Below, one piece after another: positions 9,520 through 19,753 of a stretch of DNA of 64,000 nucleotides. Numbering within the stretch: position 1 is the stretch's first letter; each line of letters starts with the position of its first letter. The notes beneath the pieces were generated by a model. It was given only the letters and a program-made list of their open reading frames with translations. It ran no database searches and was not told the DNA's origin. Origin of the DNA: Clostridia bacterium. GTDB lineage: Bacteria; Bacillota; Clostridia; TANB77; CAG-508. The position numbers and the translations under genes were made by a program. The stretch spans positions 8,573 through 72,572 of the forward strand of contig JAEESU010000026.1 of the NCBI GenBank assembly GCA_016290095.1, given 5' to 3'.

Positions 9520-10383
9520 TTATATTTCTCTTAATACGTGATACAATGTTTCTTTTATGAATTCTGCTGAAGTTAATGGGGCAACTTTTGCAGGTAATGA
9601 TAATGCCCATATTACTTTTAAATTTTTTTCTCTTGCAGCTTTTCTATCAACTCCACCAGGATTAGAAGCCAAATCTATAATTACAGCTTCTTTTTTTACT
9701 AAATCTAATTTCTCACTATCTAACAATTGAAAAGGAATTGTATTTATAATAATATCAAATTTTCCTAAATTCTCACTTAAGTCATTTAAATGAATTGGAT
9801 TATAACCATATGCTTTTATCCATGATATATCTTCATCTTTTCTTGCTTCACAATATACTTTAGCACCTATTCCATCTAACATTTTTGCTAATACTTTTCC
9901 AATTCTACCAAATCCCATAACTAAAGTATTAGTACCATGCACTGTTCTTTGCGTTTCCTCCATTGCAATTTGGATAGTTCCTTCTGCTGTTGCAATTGTA
10001 TTTAAAACAGAAAATTCTTCTCTTTTTAATAAATCTGTACATTGAATTTGATTTGCATCAAGTTCTTCTTTTATTCCAATATTTCCTGCAATAAGGTATT
10101 TTCCTTTTAAAACTTCTATAAAGTCTTCTAACTCAACAAAGTTTCTTCCAAATGGTGTAGAAACTCTTTTTTTATCACTTGATAGAGGAATTGGTCCAAT
10201 AACAACTTTTGAATGGCTTACAGCCTCTTCTAATGTTGGGCACATTGCAACTCCTTCCAGACAAAGTAACTCGTCTGCATTTTCAAGTCCATAAGTATAA
10301 ACTTCATACCCATCCTTATCCAACATTTCTACAAGTTTTACAATACGTAAATCTCCACCTACAACTGTTATTGATTTTTCCAT
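9520..10383 (-). CDS. dpaA: Dipicolinate synthase subunit A (SpoVFA/DpaA family)
   Basis: The protein contains ITVVGGDLR, AEGTIQIAMEETQRTVHGTNTLVMGFGRIGKVLA and DIIINTIP..IDLASNPGG, and is collinear with B. subtilis SpoVFA. No dpaB lies adjacent. Confidence 0.7.
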   Translation of the reverse strand: MEKSITVVGGDLRIVKLVEMLDKDGYEVYTYGLENADELLCLEGVAMCPTLEEAVSHSKVVIGPIPLSSDKKRVSTPFGRNFVELEDFIEVLKGKYLIAGNIGIKEELDANQIQCTDLLKREEFSVLNTIATAEGTIQIAMEETQRTVHGTNTLVMGFGRIGKVLAKMLDGIGAKVYCEARKDEDISWIKAYGYNPIHLNDLSENLGKFDIIINTIPFQLLDSEKLDLVKKEAVIIDLASNPGGVDRKAAREKNLKVIWALSLPAKVAPLTSAEFIKETLYHVLREI

Positions 10384-10414
10384 AAAATCACCTTTTCCTC
10401 TCTTTTATGCAGGA

Positions 10415-11800
10415 TTAGTTTTTACCTGCATACTTTTGTTTATCTATATTATCAATTTCTTTATTGACTTTTTCTTCAGTTATTCCAAGAAACTTATCTA
10501 TAGCTTCTTTCTTTTCTGCTTCTTCAATTTTTTTATTTTTTTCTTTTCCAAAAAGATAATCTAATCTTTCGTTTACTTCTTTTTTAGTAGTATTTTCACT
10601 CATTTCTTCAATTAGTTTAGCTGAAGCTTCTAAATATTGTCTTGCTAATTTTTCTTGTTCTATAATAATACTATTTCTCTTATAACCATTACTATAATCT
10701 TCGTATTCAAAAGGCTTATCATCTTCGTCTACTACTGCTTCTTCTTCATATTCTTCTTTTCCATCTAATTTTACAGAAACAGAAATATGTTGTTTTATTT
10801 TTTCAAAACACTTCTCTAAATCAACTAGTTTTAATAAACTTGGATCTAATTCAATTGCCTTATTAAGAAATGCAATTGCTTTATCTTTTTCACCTTTTAA
10901 CATACTTATTTTAGCTAATTGAAAATAAGATATTGCTTCAAAATCATCATATAAACTGCTTTCAAAATATCTTTGAGCTGTATCATAATCTCTTTGTATA
11001 AATGCAATCAATCCTAAATTGTAGCCAGCACCATACATTCTATGATTAATAGCTGCAGCTTTTTCATACATTTCTTTTGCAAGTTGAAAATCGCTCAATC
11101 TTGTATAAACAATTCCTAAATTATAGTATAAATCATAAGAAGCAGGATTATACTTTAAAGCTTCACTATATACATTTGCTGCTTCTTTAAATCTTTCTTC
11201 TTCGCATAATAAATCCCCTAATAAACAAGATGCTTCAAAACAATCTGGTTTTATTTTTATTAGATGATTTAGCATTTCAATTGCTTCTTCTCTTTTACCT
11301 AAATTTTTTAATAATTCTGTTATTTTAAAATAAGATTTATAGTCTTTTTTATTGATATCAACTGCTGTAACATATTCGTCTATTGCACGTCTCATGCCAC
11401 CTTCTTTTTCATATATTTGAGCAAGAAACTTGTGTCCCAAATAACTTTCAGGATATTTTGAAACTAATTTTATTAAAATATCTTTTGCCTTTTTGGAATC
11501 CCCAAACATTATTGAAAGTTTTGCTGTACAGATACTTAATAATTCAGAAAAATTAATTCCACATAATTCTATAATAATAATGCATAGTGGTATTACTATA
11601 GCAAATATATATCTGATGATTACCCAAAATAATTTTTCTTCTATATTAAATTTTAATACAATAAAACTAATCGTGATTCCTATAGCTTCTAAAATTAAAG
11701 ATAAAAAATAATTAGTATCATTTTTTCTTATTATTTTCAAGAAAACTATAATGAAAAACGAAAAAGCAAACATGTTAAATAGCAATTTTTCTAACATCAA
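10415..11800 (-). CDS. Membrane-anchored tetratricopeptide-repeat protein
   Basis: It has three to four N-terminal TM helices followed by multiple TPR-like 34-residue repeats such as AANVYSEALKYNPASYDLYYNLGIVY. Confidence 0.6.
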   Translation of the reverse strand: MMLEKLLFNMFAFSFFIIVFLKIIRKNDTNYFLSLILEAIGITISFIVLKFNIEEKLFWVIIRYIFAIVIPLCIIIIELCGINFSELLSICTAKLSIMFGDSKKAKDILIKLVSKYPESYLGHKFLAQIYEKEGGMRRAIDEYVTAVDINKKDYKSYFKITELLKNLGKREEAIEMLNHLIKIKPDCFEASCLLGDLLCEEERFKEAANVYSEALKYNPASYDLYYNLGIVYTRLSDFQLAKEMYEKAAAINHRMYGAGYNLGLIAFIQRDYDTAQRYFESSLYDDFEAISYFQLAKISMLKGEKDKAIAFLNKAIELDPSLLKLVDLEKCFEKIKQHISVSVKLDGKEEYEEEAVVDEDDKPFEYEDYSNGYKRNSIIIEQEKLARQYLEASAKLIEEMSENTTKKEVNERLDYLFGKEKNKKIEEAEKKEAIDKFLGITEEKVNKEIDNIDKQKYAGKN

Positions 11801-11898
11801 TTTTTCTCCACTTCTACATCCTTAAAATATTTCTATTTTTATGTTGTTCATTATATCATATACCTATTTTTTTAACAAGATTCATTTCATTTTTTTAA

Positions 11899-11936
11899 GG
11901 ACGGACTAGTTGGCTTCTGCCAGTAAGTCCGTCCCC
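11899..11936. other. Isolated GC-rich stem-loop (GGACGGACT...AGTCCGTCC) just 3' of the HD-GYP regulator gene
   Basis: It is a perfect 9-bp stem in an otherwise AT-rich intergenic region. It shares the 8-mer GTCCCCGT with the palindromic repeat family at 38.9 kb and 51.7 kb. It lacks a U-tract on the minus strand, so it is not a classic terminator. Confidence 0.4.
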
Positions 11937-11942
11937 GTTAAT

Positions 11943-13004
11943 TTAACTTGCAAATTTTAATTTTATTTCTTTTATTTTATCAAATTTATTATCTAATATT
12001 CTAACCATTGCTTCTGCAACTTCTGGATCAAATTGCTTACCAGCCCCCTCAATAATATTATTTTTAACAACATCTAAATCAAGTTCATCTCTATATGACC
12101 TTTTTGATGTCATAGCATCAAAAGCATCAGCAACAGCAACAATTCTTGCTAAAAATGGGATCCTCTTTCCTTTTATTCCTTGTGGATAACCTTCTCCGTC
12201 ATATCTTTCATGATGTGAATATACTATTGGAACAATATCTCTAAATATTGTGCTGTTAGCAATAATTTGTTTTCCTATAATAGGATGTTTTTTTATTTCT
12301 TCATATTCACTATCTGATAATTTTCCTTTTTTAGATAATATTGTATCTGGAATCCCTATTTTTCCTATATCATGAAACATTCCGCCTATATTTAATACTC
12401 TTAAGTCTTTATCATATAATCCAAGTTCTTCACCTATTAATACTGAATACGCAGCTACTCTATCAGAATGCCCTCTTGTATATGCATCTTTTAATTCAAC
12501 TGTGTATCTTAGCATTTCTATTGTTTCTAGATATGCCTTCTCTAGTTTTTCTTTTGACTCCTTTAATTCTGTGTTCATTTCTTTGATTATTTGCATTTGC
12601 TCAATTGATTTAAATGCAGATTCAATTAATAATAGCAATTGATCAAATTTATCTTCTTTCTCACAATATGCTTGTATTGATAATTTCTTTATTGTTTTTA
12701 AAGGTGAAACTAAAGATTTATGTCCTGTAAAAAGAATAATATATAATTCTTTATCAAATTTTCTTATTTCTTCTACAACTGCATCACCACGAATTGGATC
12801 CATCATATAATCCAGAATCATTAAATCAAAGTGTTCATTCTCTATTCTTTCTATGGCTTCATTTGGATTTGTACATCCAACTAATTTATAACCCATTTTT
12901 TTAATGGGTTTAGCTAATGAATCAATTACGCTCTGATCATCATCAACTGCGAGTATTTTATATTTTTTATTCTTTTTTTTGATTTCCTTGGTAAGTCTTT
13001 TCAT
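11943..13004 (-). CDS. Response regulator with a receiver domain fused to an HD-GYP c-di-GMP phosphodiesterase domain
   Basis: The REC domain is visible as KILAVDDDQSV...LMILDYMMD, and the HD-GYP domain as HSDRVAAY...HDIGKIGIPD...HHERYDGEGYP. The likely start is the internal Met of MKRLTKE at 13004, preceded by a GGAGGG RBS. Confidence 0.8.
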   Translation of the reverse strand: MKRLTKEIKKKNKKYKILAVDDDQSVIDSLAKPIKKMGYKLVGCTNPNEAIERIENEHFDLMILDYMMDPIRGDAVVEEIRKFDKELYIILFTGHKSLVSPLKTIKKLSIQAYCEKEDKFDQLLLLIESAFKSIEQMQIIKEMNTELKESKEKLEKAYLETIEMLRYTVELKDAYTRGHSDRVAAYSVLIGEELGLYDKDLRVLNIGGMFHDIGKIGIPDTILSKKGKLSDSEYEEIKKHPIIGKQIIANSTIFRDIVPIVYSHHERYDGEGYPQGIKGKRIPFLARIVAVADAFDAMTSKRSYRDELDLDVVKNNIIEGAGKQFDPEVAEAMVRILDNKFDKIKEIKLKFAS

Positions 13005-13063
13005 AAAAAAGCCCTCCATTTCTACCATTTGAGTAAATATTTTATTAATCAGAAACTTATATC

Positions 13064-13645
13064 TTAAACTCTTTCAATAATTCCAAATCCTAGTAAAATC
13101 ATTACTAATAACAAAGCAGCATAAAGTAAATATTGGCATCCTTCTTTTAGTACACTAATAAACATTCCTTTTTTATCTTCTTTAGCCATTACACATGCTA
13201 TTAATCCTAATAATAAAATTGATACTAAATATGTAATTAACAAAGTGATTGGTTCACTAAAAATCCTTATACTATTTATAATAATAATTGAAATTCCAAA
13301 AAGGATAGTAATTATAATCTTTTCCTTATTTTCTGTCATGAACTCTTTACTAATTTTATTTTTGACTATATTTTTCAATACTCTTATAATTGTTGAAATT
13401 ATGTAAGCTACTAAAAGTAGTACTCTTAAAACTGTTGCTAAGGATCTTAATACATTAGTTTCTGCTAAAGTGAAAGTAGCAGTATCATCATATTCTTTAT
13501 TTTCTTCAACAGCATCAGATTGTGGCATAGATACTTCTTTTGGAAGTCCATCATAATAAAACTTATCGTTAGTTGCTTCGCATACAATTACATTAGCAAA
13601 AAGGCAAATTAGAAATGTTATTATAAATAAATATTTTTTCTTCAT
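13064..13645 (-). CDS. Hypothetical secreted/membrane protein
   Basis: It has a signal peptide followed by three predicted TM helices, with no recognisable motifs. Confidence 0.4.
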   Translation of the reverse strand: MKKKYLFIITFLICLFANVIVCEATNDKFYYDGLPKEVSMPQSDAVEENKEYDDTATFTLAETNVLRSLATVLRVLLLVAYIISTIIRVLKNIVKNKISKEFMTENKEKIIITILFGISIIIINSIRIFSEPITLLITYLVSILLLGLIACVMAKEDKKGMFISVLKEGCQYLLYAALLLVMILLGFGIIERV

Positions 13646-13657
13646 AATAATTCTCCT

Positions 13658-13954
13658 TTATTTACTCGCAAAAAAATATATAATTCCAACTATTTCTGCA
13701 ATTAGTATTGTTGGCATGCCTACTGTAAACTTAAGTTTTTTAGTTTTATGTCTAAAAGTATACATTCCAAGTATAGTACCAATTCCTCCACCTAAAGCAC
13801 AAATCCCCATAAGAGTTGCCTCAGGAGTTCTCCATTTATTTCTTTGAGCTTTCCATTTATCCCAGCCCATTGCAATAAATCCTAAAATATTTATTCCAAT
13901 TATGTATAAAACTATATTATTCCAATTTGCATTTGCTAAAATATATTCTTTCAT
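13658..13954 (-). CDS. DUF1294 family small membrane protein
   Basis: It contains the motif GWDKWKAQRNKWRTPE flanked by TM helices, which is typical of DUF1294. Confidence 0.55.
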   Translation of the reverse strand: MKEYILANANWNNIVLYIIGINILGFIAMGWDKWKAQRNKWRTPEATLMGICALGGGIGTILGMYTFRHKTKKLKFTVGMPTILIAEIVGIIYFFASK

Positions 13955-13968
13955 AACTTCTCCTGCTT

Positions 13969-16900
13969 TTATACAAAAAGACTCATTTGATTAGATTTTG
14001 TCATGCCTTTTAAGCATCCAAATTTATCTAATAATTCTGTAACTGATTTTCCAACTTTTGCTCTTACTTGCATGTCTTCTATACATTCAAATGGTTCTTC
14101 TAATCTGGCTTGGTATAAGCTTTCTGCAGCTATTGGTCCTAGTCCTGCCATACTGTTTAGTGGTGGACGTAGTTTTCCGTCTTCTATTAAAAAGTTCGTG
14201 CTGTGAGATTTATATAAATCTATTGGTAAAAATTCAAATCCTCTTTCATACATCTCATTTACTAATTGAAGATCATCGTACATATCTTTATCTTTGTCTG
14301 ATGCATCGTTTCCAAGGTTCTTTATTTGTGCCATTTTTTCTTTTACCTTTTTTTGACCATATATCATATATTCAGCATCAAATGCTTTTGCTCTTATTGA
14401 AAAATAAGCAGCATAATATGCAAGTGGCATATGTACTTTAAACCAAGCGATTCTAACTGCATTTGTAACATAAGCAGCAGCATGCGCTTTTGGGAACATG
14501 TACTTAATTTTTTCACAAGATTTTATATACCAATCTGGAATATCGTATTCTTTCATTATGGCTTTAAAACTTTCCCATTTCTCTGGATCTTTCAAAGCTT
14601 TTCCTTTACGTACAGTTTCCATTATCTTAAATGCTTTATCTGGTGGTAATCCTCTTTTCATAAGGTATACCATAATATCATCTCTACAGCATATAGCTTC
14701 TTTTAATGTTACAACTCCATCTTCAATTAATGTTTGGGCATTACCTAACCATACATCAGTACCATGTGACAATCCAGAAAGTCTAATAAGTTCATCAAAT
14801 GTTGTTGGATGTGTATCCAAAAGCATCCCTCTTGCAAATTGTGTACCAAATTCAGGAATTCCATAAGTTCCAACTTCTGAATCTATTGATTCTGGAGTAA
14901 CATGTAATGCTTCTGTAGAATTAAATATACTCATTGTTTCTTTATCATCAAGTGGTATATCTGTTGGTGCAATACCTGATAAATCTTGTAACATACGAAT
15001 AACTGTTGGATCATCATGACCTAGAATATCAAGTTTTAATAAGTTACCATCTATTGAGTGATAATCAAAATGTGTCGTAATGATGTCTGATCCAGAATCA
15101 TCTGCTGGGTGCTGAACTGGTGTAAATTCATATATTTCTCTTCCTTTTGGAACAACGATAATTCCTCCGGGGTGTTGACCTGTAGTTCTCTTAACTCCTA
15201 CACATCCTTTTGATACTCTGGCAATTTCTGCATTAGGCTTGTGAATGTTCTTATCTTCATAATAACCTTTTGCATAACCAAATGCTGTCTTTTCAGCAAC
15301 TGTACCAACTGTTCCAGCTTTAAAGGTTGTACCTTTACCAAATATTACTTCAGTATATTTATGTGCTTTTGCTTGATATTCACCAGAGAAATTCAAGTCA
15401 ATATCAGGCTCTTTATCACCATTAAATCCTAAAAAAGTTTCAAATGGGATATTCATTCCGTCTTTTGCAAGTTTTGTTCCACATTTTGGACAGTCTCTAT
15501 CTGGTAAATCATATCCGTTATCATATCCAAAATCCGAAAAGTCTGAAAACTTACATTTTGGACATCTATAATGTGCTTGAAGTGAATTAACTTCTGTTAT
15601 ACCTGTCATAAATGCAACAAGCGAAGATCCAACAGATCCTCTTGAACCAACTATGTATCCATCTTCATTAGACTTCCAAACAAGCTTCTGTGCTATAATA
15701 TACATAACTGAATATCCGTTGCTAATGATAGAATTTAATTCTTTATCTAATCTTGTTTGAACTATTTCTGGAAGTGGGTCACCATATAATTCATGAGCTT
15801 TTTTATAAGCAATATTTTTAATATCTTCTTCGCATCCAGGAATGTGTGGGGGACATTTTTCTGGTGAAATTGGCCTTATCTTTTCACACATGTCAGATAT
15901 TTTATTTGTATTTGTAACTACTATCTCATAAGCTTTTTCTTTTCCTAAATATTCAAATTCTTGAAGCATTTCATCTGTTGTTCTTAAATATAATGGTGCT
16001 TGATTATCTGCATCTTCATATTTTTGACCAGCTTGCAAAATTCTTCTATAAATTTCATCTTGTGGATCCATAAAATGAACATCACTTGTTGCTACAACTG
16101 GCTTATTTAATTTTTCTCCTAATGCTACAATTTTTTTGTTGAAATTTCTTAAATCCTCTTCTGATTTTACTTGTCCTTCACGAATTAAATGGCCATTATT
16201 TCCTATAGGTTGCACTTCTAAATAATCATAATACTTTGCAATTTCCTCTAGCTCTTCATCTGTTTTCTCTGCAACTATTGCTCTATATAATTCACCTGCT
16301 TCACACGCACTTCCTATAATTAATCCTTCACGATGTTTGTCTAATACAGTTTTTAAAATTCTAGGTTTTTTGTAAAAATAATCTACATGTGAATATGAAA
16401 CTAATTTATATAGATTTTTAAGTCCAACATAATTCTTTGCTAAAATTATCATATGATATGTAGGTAATTTTCTAAAATCAGTTTCAAAAACATTATCAAA
16501 ATCATCTATTGTCTTTGCATTATTATCTTTTGCTTTTAAAATCATTTCTTTAAAAACTTGTACTAATGTTTTAACATCATCTAATGCTCTATGTGCTACA
16601 TCAACTTTTATTTTTAGTTTTTCAGCAATATATCCTAAATTATACCTTCCAAATTCTGGATAAATTGCTTTTGCTAGACGCAAAGTATCAATGTGAGAAT
16701 TATCAAATTTTAATCCTAGAACTTCACAATTATATTTTAAATATCCAATATCAAAATCCGCATTATGTGCAACTAGAACACTATCACCTATAAATTCTAG
16801 AAATTTAGGCATAACTTTTTCGATTGTTTCGCTATCCTTTACCATATCATCTGTAATATGTGTAACATTTACAACTTCTTCTGGAATTGGTTTTTCAGGA

Positions 16901-18393
16901 TTTACAAATGTTTCAAAAGTATCTACTATTTCTCCATTTTTTATTTTAATTGCACCAATTTCTGTAATTTTCTCTGTAATATGAGAAATACCTGTTGTCT
17001 CCAAGTCAAATACGCAATATTCTGTATCTATATCTTGTCCTTTTGAATTTGAAACACATGGATCTTTATCAGGGCAATAATATGCTTCTACTCCATATAA
17101 TACTTTTATTTTGTCTCCAACTTTTTGAAGTAAATGATGTGCATCAGGAAAGCTTTGAACAACGCCATGGTCTGTAATAGCAATTGATTTCCATCCCCAT
17201 TTAATCGCTCTTTTAATCAAATCTTCACATGGTGTAACTGCATCTAATTGGCTCATTTGGGTGTGCATATGAAGTTCAACTCTCTTTTCTTCTGCTTTGT
17301 CTGTTCTTTCTTCTTCTTTAAAACCGATAGACTCAATTATGGTATTTGCCATTATTTCTACTTCTTTAGAATATGTACTATATTTTGCATTTCCTTCTAT
17401 TCTTAAGCCTTTTGCTTTTGAAATTCTATCTTTTACTACTTTTGCCTTTTCTTTATCTAAAAATGCTTTTACGCCAATAGTACTTGTTCCATCAAATAAA
17501 TTGAACATTAAAATAGCTTTTTCATTTTTAATGTCTCTAGAATCTAGTGAACCATCTAATATAATGCCATCAACACATACTTTCATATCTATTTCTTCTG
17601 TCATCGGTATAGATTCTATTTTTGTCAATTCTGTTCTTATAACTAAATTTCTTCCTAAAATTAGTGGTGAAACCACATCTTTATTTTCTTCTTTTTCAGC
17701 CTCATATGCCTCTATCTTAGCTGCAAATTCTGGGCTTTGTTCTTTTACTTTTTCTTTAATAGTATTTTCTTCGTCTATTTTTCTTTGCTTTTCTTTTTCT
17801 GCTTGAATTCTTCTTCTCTCTTTTTCTATTTCAGCATCTATAACAGCTTGTTTTTTCATTTCTTCTAATGCTATTTTTTCATCCTCTTGCTTTTTTAGTT
17901 CAAGCATTTGCTTTAATTCTTCTGAATCATTTTCAATAAATTCAACAGAATAAGTCTTATTATATAAATTTCCTAATAAGTGTTCTATTCCTTTATCAAA
18001 TTTTTGAGCAAGCAAAAAAGAAGCACCCTTCATTGGAAGCTTTACTTTTACAACTTTATCTTCAAGTTCTACTTTACTATTAGAAAGAATTGATTTACTA
18101 AAAGGTTCTTTTTTAGATATATAACTAATAATACTATTCCAATCTTCAGAAATATTTTGTTTTATTTCTAAATCATGATAATTTATATCTAAAGAGGCTT
18201 TACTAACTTTAAATCTTCTTACTAAATAATCTTCAAACTCGTCAATTTCTGGCAAAGTAATTTCCTTTGATGATGCTATTCTCACTTGTAATTTATTTGT
18301 TTTCTTATATAAATCGACATTCTCAATTTCTGCATCTATTAAATTACTATTTACTTTATAATCATTGAAAACTTCTTTTATATATTTTGACAT
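13969..18393 (-). CDS. polC: DNA polymerase III PolC-type (Gram-positive replicative polymerase)
   Basis: The protein is 1474 aa long and has a PHP domain (ELHMHTQMS), the 3'-5' exonuclease motif DLETTG, and Pol III alpha catalytic regions. Confidence 0.95.
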   Translation of the reverse strand: MSKYIKEVFNDYKVNSNLIDAEIENVDLYKKTNKLQVRIASSKEITLPEIDEFEDYLVRRFKVSKASLDINYHDLEIKQNISEDWNSIISYISKKEPFSKSILSNSKVELEDKVVKVKLPMKGASFLLAQKFDKGIEHLLGNLYNKTYSVEFIENDSEELKQMLELKKQEDEKIALEEMKKQAVIDAEIEKERRRIQAEKEKQRKIDEENTIKEKVKEQSPEFAAKIEAYEAEKEENKDVVSPLILGRNLVIRTELTKIESIPMTEEIDMKVCVDGIILDGSLDSRDIKNEKAILMFNLFDGTSTIGVKAFLDKEKAKVVKDRISKAKGLRIEGNAKYSTYSKEVEIMANTIIESIGFKEEERTDKAEEKRVELHMHTQMSQLDAVTPCEDLIKRAIKWGWKSIAITDHGVVQSFPDAHHLLQKVGDKIKVLYGVEAYYCPDKDPCVSNSKGQDIDTEYCVFDLETTGISHITEKITEIGAIKIKNGEIVDTFETFVNPEKPIPEEVVNVTHITDDMVKDSETIEKVMPKFLEFIGDSVLVAHNADFDIGYLKYNCEVLGLKFDNSHIDTLRLAKAIYPEFGRYNLGYIAEKLKIKVDVAHRALDDVKTLVQVFKEMILKAKDNNAKTIDDFDNVFETDFRKLPTYHMIILAKNYVGLKNLYKLVSYSHVDYFYKKPRILKTVLDKHREGLIIGSACEAGELYRAIVAEKTDEELEEIAKYYDYLEVQPIGNNGHLIREGQVKSEEDLRNFNKKIVALGEKLNKPVVATSDVHFMDPQDEIYRRILQAGQKYEDADNQAPLYLRTTDEMLQEFEYLGKEKAYEIVVTNTNKISDMCEKIRPISPEKCPPHIPGCEEDIKNIAYKKAHELYGDPLPEIVQTRLDKELNSIISNGYSVMYIIAQKLVWKSNEDGYIVGSRGSVGSSLVAFMTGITEVNSLQAHYRCPKCKFSDFSDFGYDNGYDLPDRDCPKCGTKLAKDGMNIPFETFLGFNGDKEPDIDLNFSGEYQAKAHKYTEVIFGKGTTFKAGTVGTVAEKTAFGYAKGYYEDKNIHKPNAEIARVSKGCVGVKRTTGQHPGGIIVVPKGREIYEFTPVQHPADDSGSDIITTHFDYHSIDGNLLKLDILGHDDPTVIRMLQDLSGIAPTDIPLDDKETMSIFNSTEALHVTPESIDSEVGTYGIPEFGTQFARGMLLDTHPTTFDELIRLSGLSHGTDVWLGNAQTLIEDGVVTLKEAICCRDDIMVYLMKRGLPPDKAFKIMETVRKGKALKDPEKWESFKAIMKEYDIPDWYIKSCEKIKYMFPKAHAAAYVTNAVRIAWFKVHMPLAYYAAYFSIRAKAFDAEYMIYGQKKVKEKMAQIKNLGNDASDKDKDMYDDLQLVNEMYERGFEFLPIDLYKSHSTNFLIEDGKLRPPLNSMAGLGPIAAESLYQARLEEPFECIEDMQVRAKVGKSVTELLDKFGCLKGMTKSNQMSLFV

Positions 18394-18407
18394 ACTTCCC
18401 TCTTATT

Positions 18408-18974
18408 TTATGAATTAATTATTTCAGATATTTGTTCAAGTACTGTTTCTGGATCTTCAACATTTTTTATTTGGAAACCGTTTAATAATGTTGCACCAGG
18501 TAATGTTCCTTTTGCATAAACACATAAATCTCCTAAATTTGTTCTTTTTTGGCTAAAACTTGGTTTATATATTAAAGCTTCTGTTATATTTTCATATTTA
18601 ACTGTCTTATCGGTATTAATAACCCAAAAATGAAATTGATAAACTACTTTTGTATCATAAAATACAGCTTTAGTTCCTTTAGCTATTCTTTTATCAAGAA
18701 AAAGTAATAATCCCATAATTACAAAACTTAAGCATACTAAGCCTAAGCTAGCTAAAAACTGTGCACTAGAAATACATACTATTATAGAAAGAACTAAAAC
18801 AAGAATTACCCACATATATCTAAGCAAATTGTATTTAATAGAATATTTTCTTTTTACAACAAGTCTTTCATTTACATCATCTTTTAATTTTTCTTCTTCT
18901 TGATACAACTTATAACAATTGCTACAAATATCGCCTTCTTTAGCTAATTTTGCTCCACATATTCTACATCTCAT
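18408..18974 (-). CDS. Zinc-ribbon membrane protein with a bacterial PH-like C-terminal domain
   Basis: It has CRICGAK...CSNCY, two TM helices, and a YdbT-like PH-like tail. It sits where ispG usually lies in this cluster. Confidence 0.4.
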   Translation of the reverse strand: MRCRICGAKLAKEGDICSNCYKLYQEEEKLKDDVNERLVVKRKYSIKYNLLRYMWVILVLVLSIIVCISSAQFLASLGLVCLSFVIMGLLLFLDKRIAKGTKAVFYDTKVVYQFHFWVINTDKTVKYENITEALIYKPSFSQKRTNLGDLCVYAKGTLPGATLLNGFQIKNVEDPETVLEQISEIINS

Positions 18975-18986
18975 TTTTATTTCCTC

Positions 18987-19739
18987 CTAAAACAATCTTA
19001 ATATATCTTGGTATGTTACATAAAATGCAATCATTATCAATAAAAGGAATCCCATCGATTGTATCTTCATTTCTATTTCTTCACTAAGTGCTTTTCCTCT
19101 AATTCCTTCAATAATTAAAAGTACTATTCTTCCGCCATCTAGTGCTGGAAACGGTAAAAGGTTTGTTACTCCTAATGATAAAGAAACTAAACATAATAAA
19201 TGTATAAAATTAAAAAATCCATTAGTATTAACTACTATTTCTGAAATTCCAACTGGTCCTGTCATTTGGTCTAGTCCTATTTTACCTGTAAATAATAATT
19301 TCAAAGATTCTATCATTGATAAAATAAAACCTATTGTATTTTTAAAAGCAAAAACAATTTTATCCCAAATACTATATTCTACTTCTAATCGGTAGAACAG
19401 AGATAATATAAAGAATGCAATTAGTGCAAAAACTATATTTACAACTCCACCAGCGGCAACAATTAATATTCTATGCAAAATACTTGCTTTATTAAATGCG
19501 CCTTCAGCTTCTGACCTTTCGTTTTCTCCAGTCATTCTAACATAGCCACCAAAAGGAATTGCTCCAATTCTATATAATGTATTGTTCTTTTGTTTTGAAA
19601 AAATTATTGGTCCAAAACCTATAGAAAACTCTTCAACATTTACTCCAAACGTTTTGGCAGCTAAAAAGTGTCCACCTTCATGAATTAATACTAAAAAACC
19701 TAACAAAAATATAATTTTAATAGCATTAATAATTAACAT
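18987..19739 (-). CDS. Site-2 protease (M50 family, RseP/RasP-like) lacking a PDZ domain
   Basis: It carries HEGGH in TM1 and the LDG motif as LLPFPALDGGRIV. It is 250 aa long, which is shorter than canonical RseP. Confidence 0.75.
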   Translation of the reverse strand: MLIINAIKIIFLLGFLVLIHEGGHFLAAKTFGVNVEEFSIGFGPIIFSKQKNNTLYRIGAIPFGGYVRMTGENERSEAEGAFNKASILHRILIVAAGGVVNIVFALIAFFILSLFYRLEVEYSIWDKIVFAFKNTIGFILSMIESLKLLFTGKIGLDQMTGPVGISEIVVNTNGFFNFIHLLCLVSLSLGVTNLLPFPALDGGRIVLLIIEGIRGKALSEEIEMKIQSMGFLLLIMIAFYVTYQDILRLF

Positions 19740-19753
19740 TTAATCATTTTCTC

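Noticed and set aside
14003-17806. Multiple plus-strand ORFs of 60-170 aa inside polC
   Set aside because: All are antisense to the 1474-aa polC ORF, and they are AT-rich, low-complexity translations.
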